A model generated the notes under the pieces. The model had not been told where the DNA came from. It did no database searches and worked only from the letters and a program-made list of their open reading frames with translations. DNA of 64,000 nt, from positions 19,654,001-19,718,000 of the forward strand of contig OX597816.1 of assembly GCA_951406725.2 (NCBI GenBank), read 5' to 3'. The position numbers and the translations under genes were made by a program. Shown here one piece after another: positions 54,747 through 64,000 of this stretch. Within the stretch, counting starts at the first letter, position 1, and each line of letters begins with the position of its first letter. This DNA is from Octopus vulgaris. Lineage: Eukaryota.

Positions 54747-56741
54747 ATACGCGACGGCAAAACTCATTTTCCGAAACGTCGAAAAACCAAGTCGTGTTGT
54801 ATATGTACAGCTCTTTGTTCCGATTGTGTTATTTTTCAATATTCGAATACATGCATACAATGATCTCCGAATTTTTTTTTTTTTCAGTTATATCATATTG
54901 TTCTAAAAGCAGTTTTATCATCACGAGTGTGATCGATTTATTTGTCTATTAAAGAAATATCTTTATTAGACTAATGTCTAGAAACCGTTTATCGATTTTC
55001 CTGATAAACCTTTTACCTATTTCAAAATCACTTTTGTATGCCATCATATATGTATTTGACTATGTATACCATTCCAGTCTCAAAATATTGTATCTTGTAA
55101 CAAATTATATGATCACACTATTAGGCATATAAATACAATACGAACACGTATTGTGCTAGCCATAAATCTTATCTACTCATATTGCACTGTAATGTATCAG
55201 GAGGCCGTGAATTTAATTGGTTGAGTTTTGGCTATAGTTACTTCGAGGAACATTTATTATTTAATACCATACAACGCAATGCAATTCTGTAGTGCATTTG
55301 TAGATATTTCCGTCATTGTTTATGATTATCAATTCCAGTTTCCTAGCAATGGTTTACCGCACCATAATTATTTCTTTACATATAGGTACACCTGACCTTT
55401 GACTATTCAAGACACGATCTACGTTCGCTTACAGCTCAAAACAACACATTTGTAAGAAAATATTCTTTGGTTGTGTAATTATCGAAGCAAAAACAGTTAC
55501 CATAGAAATATCAAGAAACAGCGTATAGAAGATTTTTAACAATGCTTCTAGGTAATAAAGCAGTATTTAAAAAGCAAAGAAATTGGATGTGAATTCCGCC
55601 ACCGAACAACAAATATCTGGGAATTAATCACTTCTGAGCTCAAACAGAATAAGCGATTGGAAGAGCATTCGTTGAAAACGTGGATGAATTCTATATTTAC
55701 AAATTCTAGAGGATACAAATTAACCCACAACTGCAAAACCATCGCAGCACGAATATCGCAGTCGCTTTAAACTTTAACTAAGCTACTTCTTTGACATAGC
55801 AGTAGTTCATTTATCGATGACCATGTCAGGCTGAAATAATGCTCTAAAATTTTGAATTGAGCACGCTATTCTATGAAGCCAAGGGGCTAGGGAATAGCAA
55901 AAAATGTTTATGAGCAAAGGCTTTTTTAGGGAAGGGTATCCGTTGATTCTTTCGCCCCCAGTGCTAGATCGGTACTTTAATTACTCGGTGAAAGACAAAC
56001 TTCACTTTTGTAGGATTTGAACTCAGCAGATAAGCAATAGAACCAAATTTCACAACGCATTTTACGTGATGCTCTGACAATTTTGTTAGCACGTTGCGTT
56101 AAGCAGTCTGAAATAATATGTAATTTGAGATTGAAAATATATTACCAAAAATATAAGATGCGTGATTTGTGTGGCAAAACAACTAAGGAAGAATGCTATA
56201 CTGATAAAATAATACTGAATTTTAGCTCTTTTAGCTTCATTTATTTCATGCCATGCGTTTTATAGTAGGGTAACTGAATAAATAATATATGCATAATATA
56301 TCTTACATCAGAAAATATCAGATAAATTTCATACGTAATTGCATTTGCAGTTAAATTTAGATAAGTATTTGCTACAGCTTCTCTTACTTTGCAGAAAATT
56401 GAGTATCCAATGGCCCTATGGTGATTCATTAACGAATAGTAAAGTTTATCACAGCATCTTCCTTTTTAAACAAATTTTGTATTTCATATCTGTATTAAAT
56501 TTCCTCATATGAAATGTGTTGTAGGACAGAAAGATGAACGATATGGATATTTTACTTCCTCATTGCTAATTTTTAATCTATATTTACTTTAAATAAAGCT
56601 ATCTCTAATATCCCCGCGTTTAAATGAATAAATATTCTTTAAAATCTAACGTCATTTTCAAGGAAAATGTTTTAATAATACACATCCAAAATACGTTATA
56701 GATGATACTATCTACCTGTGTATATAGATATCCAACTGGGA

Positions 56742-57142
56742 AGGCAGCGAGCTGGCAGAAAAGTTAGCACGCCGAGCGAAAGCTTAGCGGTGTTTCGTCT
56801 GCCGCTACGTTCTGAGTTCAAATTCCACCGAGGTCGACTTTGTCTTTCATCCTTTCGGGGTCGATTAAATAAGTAACAGTTACGCACTGGGGTCGATGTA
56901 ATCGAATTAATCCTTTTGTCTGTCCTTGTTTGTCCCCTTTATGTTTAGCCCCTTGTGGATAGTAAATAAATAGGTATTTCGTCCGTCGTTACGTTTTGAG
57001 TTCAAATTCGGCCGAGATCATCCTTTAGGGGTCGATAAATAAAGTCCCAGTTTCGCACTGAGGTAGATGTAATCAACTTAATCTCTTTGTTTGTCCTTGT
57101 TTGTCGCCTCTATGTTTAGCCCCTTGTGGGCAATAAAGAAAT
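56742..57142 (+). mobile_element. SINE A dimer
   Basis: Second unit starts at GGTATTTCG. Confidence 0.9.
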
Positions 57143-57927
57143 ATATAGCTATCAAACTGGTTTCACGTCACCGCCAAATTTGAAATGCTTTACTGCTTAA
57201 TTATATTAGACCTAACATTCGCGAAAACTATAAATATTCAAGACGGACTTGAACATTTTGAATATTTAGCAAAATTAATCGTCAAGAAATAAATGGATAC
57301 CAAGCGGATTAGAATAAGTATATTCAAAGTTAATATAAGTACATACCAGTTAATACACGATTATATTTAAACATTTCAACATTTCCATGAAAATAAAGAA
57401 TGGGGGTTAAAGTTCAACTCACGAGCATTTATATTTAAAATGATGTGTCGGAATCTAGCAGAATAGGAGGATTTCCCATGTTACACTAACCCTTCCACAT
57501 TGCGCAATAATTTAACCATACAACAAATGTTATCTCAGAGCTAAACATTCTCATAAATATAAGTACTATGAGATTAAACGCTGGTGATAAATGTTATGAA
57601 ACTTTCCTGAAAAGCTATAAAGATATGGCCAATTACATACATTCAATTATGTATTTGGCAAAGTCATAACGCAGCTAATATAAATTGTATGTGACTATGG
57701 AAGAGAATAGTAAAATTGGAGCTATTAGCGGTACAGTGTCATAAGTTAATTATAAGCATATCTATAAAGTTTATTAGCATTATATTTTAATGTAAACGTG
57801 TATATGTATCGAAACGTCGGAAGTGGCCTTATCTAACAAAAACGGAAATGTTTGTATTGTACAATGCAATGTCGCACAAATATGTACAGAAATACACACT
57901 TGCATCACGAACATGCGTCTATATATA

Positions 57928-58345
57928 CAGGCCTGGCTGTGTGGTAAGAAGCTTGCATCCGAACCACGTAGTCCTAGGTTCAGTCTAAGTGTGCGGCAAC
58001 TTGTCCAAGTGTAGTTTACTATAGCTTCCTGCCGACTAAAGGTCCGTCAGTGGATTTGATGAATGGAAACAGAAAGAAGCCTGTCGTATACGTGTGTGTA
58101 TGTGTATGCATGCATGCAGGCGCGCTCACGCGTGTGCGTGTCTGTGTGTGTGAGAGAGTGTCTTTGTCTCTGTGTTTGTGCCCCATCATCGATGGATAGC
58201 TTGTATTGGTAGGTTTACGTCCCCATAAATTAGCGGTTCGGCAAAAGTGACAAATAGAATAAGTCTTGGGGATCTATTTCTTCGACGAAAACGCTAGAGG
58301 ATGGTGCTCCAGCATGGCCATATTGAAATAACGGGAAGAAATAAA
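57928..58345 (+). mobile_element. Degenerate SINE family B
   Basis: Head, internal microsatellite and tail recognisable. Confidence 0.8.
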
Positions 58346-58383
58346 TTAATAAAATAATAAATATATATACGTACATCTAGGAC

Positions 58384-58682
58384 GGAGGCGCAATGGCTCA
58401 GTGGTTAGGGCAATGGACTCGCGGTCGTAGGATTGCGGTTTCGATTCCCAGACCGAGCGTTGTGAGTGCGTGTTGAGGGAAATCACCTAAAAGCTCCACG
58501 AGGTTGCGGCAGGGGGTGGTGATCCCTGCTGTACTCTCTCATCACTCTTTCTCTCACTCTTTCTTCTGTTGGCTTGCTTGCTTAGCCAGCGGGGTGGCGT
58601 CATTCCAAGGCTAAAACAATGCGAACGCATTGTGACCAGCGATGTGTAGTAACATCTGATGGTCTGGTCGGATCCACTTGAT
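58384..58682 (+). mobile_element. SINE head C with tail type Z
   Basis: Head C followed by a tail not seen in other copies. Confidence 0.8.
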
Positions 58683-58705
58683 ATATATATATATATATAT
58701 ATACA

Positions 58706-59971
58706 TTCTTTCCACAGGGAATTCTTTTCCTCCTGTGCATGCGTTACTTGGCTAACACTTCGTGGGCGGCCGGGTGACAGCCATTGTCCCATAGTCATTT
58801 TGTACCCGTGAGAAGCGTGTCGACATGCTAACCATTGAAGAACTTACATTTCTAGTTGAATGGGTGTTTCGAGCTGGAAACAAATACACATATACTGTGA
58901 AAGGGAAGTTCGGTGAAACATTTCCAAATACTGTTCTTCCACATCGTGACACTGTGCGGGATTTCATAAGAACATTTAGAAACATAGGCACAGAGGAAGA
59001 CGCAACAAAAAGCGATAGGTATCCTGTTCATACAGATGGAACACTCTACAATATTTGTGATAAACTGTTGGTAAACCCGTTAAAGTCCTAACACAAATTG
59101 TCACAGGAAATGGAAATCAGCCTAGGAAGTGCTCACACGGTAGTAAAAAAGAAAGTGAATTTCTTTCCATACATAATGCTGGCCCTTCAAAAATCGAAGA
59201 CTATGGATCATGCTAAAAATCGAAGACTATGGATCATTATTGACATTGGTTCCAAAACGTTATTGCCGAAAATGCACAGAAGTGCTGGATGGGTGTTTTT
59301 ACACCGATGAGGCTTGGTTTCTTTTGCCGGGACTCATAAATTCGTAAATAACAAGGCTATAGAGCACTAAGAATCCACATGCGACGCATGAGTAACCTCT
59401 GCATCCCGAAAAAGTTGGAGTATGGACAGTAATTTTGAGAAAGCGTATTGTGGAACCGATATTTTTTGAAGACACCATCAACACCGAAAGATATTGCTCA
59501 ACTATTGTCTAACCAATTGTAGACCAACTCACTGAAAGTGAAATTAATAATGCATACTTTAAGCAAAGTGGAGTTACAGCACAAACTTCGTGCTTCACCA
59601 TGGCGCTACTTCGAGAGTTTTTCGGTAAACGGATTATTTCGAAAGGACTTTGGCCACCAAGATCAACTTATATTTAGCACCACCAAACATTCTATGAGTG
59701 GGAGAGCAAGTAAAGGATCAATGTAAAAATATTAACTGAAAACCATTAATGAGCTAAAAGACGCAATCATAACCTTCACACGACCAATACCGCGTTAGGC
59801 TCTTCAAGATGTATTATGTATTGAAAATAAAGGACGACACTTTCAACACTTCTTATAAAGTCTTTTAAACTCTTGTAAAGTCTTACGTATTCTTTTGTAG
59901 CCTTATACCGTCTTACAAATAGTAATTTTGCAATATAATACTTAGTGCGGAGAGACGTTTTGAACACCCTG
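58706..59971 (+). mobile_element. Decayed Tc1/mariner-superfamily transposon (DUF4817-like HTH plus DDE/D)
   Basis: MLTIEE..FLVE...FPNT.LPHRDTV..FIRTFRNIGT, FYTDEAWF, NPH...PLHPEKVGVW, PIFFEDTIN and IISKGLWPPRS. Right TIR ends CACCCTG + TA; left TIR not seen. Confidence 0.85.
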
Positions 59972-60255
59972 TATATAGTATATATGTCTGTGTGTGTATG
60001 TGTGTGTGTGTGTGTGTGTCTGTGTGTGTGCGTGTGTTTCTGTGTTTGCATGAGTGAGTCTGTCTTTGTGTCTGTGTATGTATGTGTGTATTTATGTATG
60101 TATATATATATATATGTGTATATATGTATGCATGTTTTTATATTGTTGACAACAGCTTTGAAACTTGATGGATACAATATAAGGCTATTTTGAATGTCAA
60201 TAATTAAAACAGATAAAGCCTATAAATGTAAGGTGAAAACGACTTTAGTTATATA

Positions 60256-61127
60256 TTGGACTATGGCCGTTCATCTTTTCAAATTTAAAATGCATGCAGA
60301 AATAAAATGCATTGGCAAAATGTTTTATGTTTTTTCAAATAGAAATTTGTGTTCTATAACTTAGTGTGTTCTGACTTTATTCTCTTTTTTTCTTTTGATT
60401 TTCGTGTATTTTCAGATCCTTAAAATGGAATGTCAAGTGGAGAAGACTGGACATATTCGACACCATTTGCATTTTGCATTCAATCGAAGTGTTGGGGGAG
60501 GAAAACTGCATCAAAGTAACAGCCTACGTTGGTTTTCTCGCTTCAAAAAGGGCAATTTTTATCTCATGGGTGGATCACACACAGTTCGACCTTTTGAGTT
60601 CGATGAAAAACCATTGGATCAACTTCTTCACGAAAATCCACGTTAAACGACCAGAGAATTGGCAGAGCAGATGGATTGTAATTAAAAAAAAACCCACCTG
60701 TGGTGAACTACCTTTCCACAATGGGCAAGGTTCATCGAACTCAATTAGTCGACTTGTGTGAGATCCGTCCCTGGAGTTAAATTACTATTTTTGAAGCGAG
60801 AAAAACAACGGCGGGCAGTACTTTTAGGCATTGCTCCTTCTCCATACTCAGCACAAATCTCACGAGAAGATTCGGTGGATTAACAACTCGATTAAATGCA
60901 AAAACAAATGCTGTGAAAACGGTTCATTTCTGTCCACTTGACATCCCATTTTAATGATCTGAAATTACACAAATTTCAATAAAATATCAAAATTTAAAAA
61001 ATCAAAACACCCTCTTGTAGAGCATAACAATTATTTTCAAATAGCATAAAACATTTTGCAATGTGTTTTATTTCTGCATCCATTTTTTAAAGTTGAAAAG
61101 GCGCTCATGAATTATTCCTCAACCCAA
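60256..61127 (+). mobile_element. Internally deleted mariner element with long degenerate TIRs
   Basis: MECQVEKTGHIRHHL.F.FN, WFSRFKKGNF, RP.EFDE and ENPR.TTRELA. Inverted ends share GCAGAAATAAAA..CATTG.CAAAATGTTTTATG; TA at both flanks. Confidence 0.8.
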
Positions 61128-61844
61128 TATGCACATAGAGAAATGTATTGCGTGGGAAATAGAAATAAATTTAAACACGGACAAGTCATCGGGTGGTATC
61201 AAAATATGTAATTAATAAGCAAGCTAAGAACAACATAATGAATATTCAAGTAGCGCATTTGAGACTGACGATATTACAGGAGAGGTGAAATGATTGTTCA
61301 TCGTGAACAGGGAAAAATGTAATTGTGGGAGCAACGTAATATATTGATAAATACTAGATATGAACGAAAAGTCACAATGGTTTGAAAATTTAATAATGCC
61401 ACAACGTTTACTGGGGGGTAAGATGGACGCTGAAATTTTCTGAATATTATGGTCAAATAAAAGCAAGCTATGGCTTTGTGTGTATAAATAAATTCAAATG
61501 AATCTACACATATATACATACATACAAAATTACATACATATGTGTGCAAACATATATAAATAAATATATTTATTTATTTTTGTATATATATATGTATGTG
61601 TGTATGTATGTATGTATGTATGTATGTATGTATGTATGCAATTGTTTGAGTCATTTTTACGAGCAAGTGTGGGCGCGGTACCTGTAGCGGTTATTAAAAT
61701 GCTTTGACGATATTCTAGATTTAGGAACCACTCTGGACATTCGGTGCACTATACAATTTCATACATATAGATTCACAAAGAGAACACATAGAGTTATTGA
61801 CACACACATTCACATATAAAGAAACACACACATATATTTGAATG

Positions 61845-61896
<52 letters not shown>

Positions 61897-61911
61897 CTTA
61901 CATGCATGTGT

Positions 61912-61943
<32 letters not shown>

Positions 61944-61985
61944 GCATATATGTGTATATATATATATATATTTACACACACACAC

Positions 61986-62053
<68 letters not shown>

Positions 62054-62058
<5 letters not shown>

Positions 62059-62256
62059 AAGTTAATCCAAACATGAAAACAGAAAGAGAAAACACAACAA
62101 CGCGAGGACGTGGAACAAATATAGTATTATTGGACGCTCAGGGAGGAAGGGAAGAAGGAGGGCTTAAGGTTTCGAGCGGAGCTCATCGTCGGAAACATAG
62201 GAGAGGGAAAGATCCAGAGAAGGCAAGACAGAGGGAAAAAAATCGCCAACGGTACA
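62054..62256 (-). mobile_element. Second H2 pLTR-like copy with degenerate hammerhead at 62162-62196
   Basis: guuu CCGACGA u gagc ucc gcuc GAAA CCUU aagc; between (TA)n and (TATG)n. Confidence 0.65.
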
Positions 62257-62651
62257 TATATATGTGTGTATGCATGTATATATGTATGCATGCATGTATG
62301 TAGGTATGTATGTATGTATGTATGCATGTATGTATGTATGTATGTATGTATGTATGTATTTATGTATGTATGTATGTATGTGAACATGGATGCTGGAGGA
62401 ATACGTGACCTTATTTTAGACGCTTCATTGAAACTTCAAATGTATGTAAATTATTTATTGACGTACAAAACATACTCATACGGTTCTAATCAAATTTTCA
62501 GGTTGTATAAATGGCTTTCCCTTGGGATATTCCTAATTTAATAAAAATTTTATTAATATATTGAAAGGAGAAATTACATCCAACATTCAAAATCACATGC
62601 GCAGAATCTAACTTTAATAATAATAATAATGATGATGTTGATGATGATGAC

Positions 62652-62687
<36 letters not shown>

Positions 62688-62790
62688 TAATAATATTCAT
62701 AATATTGCTAATAACAATGATAGCAATAATAATAATGTGCATACATATTACATATATATAATTATATATATATACATATATATGTATATA

Positions 62791-62842
<52 letters not shown>

Positions 62843-63374
62843 TATCTACATATACACGCATACACATACGCACACACATTCATTTATATATATATATATA
62901 AGCATTTGGCCAGTCTTTAATGTAATCGTAGCATATATGTGTATGAAATTGTGTGTAGGTCTGTTTGTGAGATTGTGTTGGTATGCCGTGTGATTTTATT
63001 TCTGAGTGTGCCTGTATAAGATATGCGAATATGCAACGTTGCATATAATCGCAAAGTTGCATATATATATATATATATTGTAAAGACTTATAGAAGAATA
63101 TTTATAGTATAATATAATATATCTGTATTATTTCTTCCCGAGTTAAGAATCACGCCAACAATCTAATAAATGTGGTAACAGCTGCTAGATTTTAATGTAT
63201 TTTCCACGAATAAGTAACAAACAGCGAAAGACATTAGAAATGGACAGACAGACAGACAGACATATAGATATATAAATAGATAGATAGATATAGAAATGAA
63301 TATGCATAACATTGTGAACACACAGAATCATGTGCACATCCATACATGCATATATGTATATGTATGTATGCATG

Positions 63375-63431
<57 letters not shown>

Positions 63432-63437
<6 letters not shown>

Positions 63438-63640
63438 AAGACCCCCTTCGGTCATGAACGACCATGGGATTGCACCTAGAAAGTTACCCTCCTAGACACA
63501 AGTCCGGGCAAGGTTGTTTATGGAAGACCAGCAGTCGCCCATGCATACCAGCCTCCCCTCTCCACGCCACCAGTGTTATCCAAGGGAAAGACGAAGGTCG
63601 ATACAGCTTGGCACCAGTGACTTCGCAACTCATTTCTACA
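63432..63640 (-). mobile_element. Body/tail of a SINE or bipartite non-autonomous RTE
   Basis: Minus strand CTGGTGCCAA...TGGA..ACA...GAGAGGGGA...TGGGC resembles the RTE 5' UTR block at 49832-49910. Confidence 0.55.
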
Positions 63641-64000
63641 GATATGACTAATTTAGAGACGAACCACCATTCCACAACTCATTCAGTTGTTCGTATCTAA
63701 ATTAGTTATATGCATATATTATATATTATATATTACGAAATTCGGTCTATTATTATTATACTGAATTTTACATTTAAGGCTGGAATAATAATGTATTCTC
63801 TAATATCATTATATATATATATATATACACCTATATATGAAGCTAGCCTTAGCAAACATATTTTGTGTTTTGCTAGAAAGAAGCAGAAACCGCGGTTCGA
63901 GTTAAAGTTATCGGTAAACGTTTTTGATTTTCACTCTCGATAAATTCATCCCCTTTTTGTGTTCCCAGCACTCGGCATCTTAATTTAGGAGCCCTTAATT

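Overview
AT-rich, microsatellite-dense eukaryotic DNA that is almost entirely non-coding. The SINE repertoire looks like an octopus/coleoid cephalopod genome (inference from repeat families, not a database hit). No intact host gene is visible, and most entries in the ORF track are microsatellite or SINE artefacts. Recognisable content: two Dong/R4-type RLE LINE copies, a Penelope-like RT fragment, about 35 tRNA-derived SINE copies from four head types with exchangeable tails, decayed Tc1/mariner elements, three MITEs, a non-autonomous Helitron, an orphan RTE 5' UTR and a possible decayed multi-exon gene at 4.4-7.7 kb. The most interesting signal is a set of at least four sequence-unrelated, non-coding, Penelope-like (pLTR) element families. 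Each carries a minimal type I hammerhead ribozyme motif, sits inside (TA)n arrays and often has an inverted or fold-back architecture. They include a 4-kb element with ~437-bp inverted arms and two outward-facing hammerheads. In two families a derivative copy begins at, or within 3 nt of, the predicted self-cleavage site.
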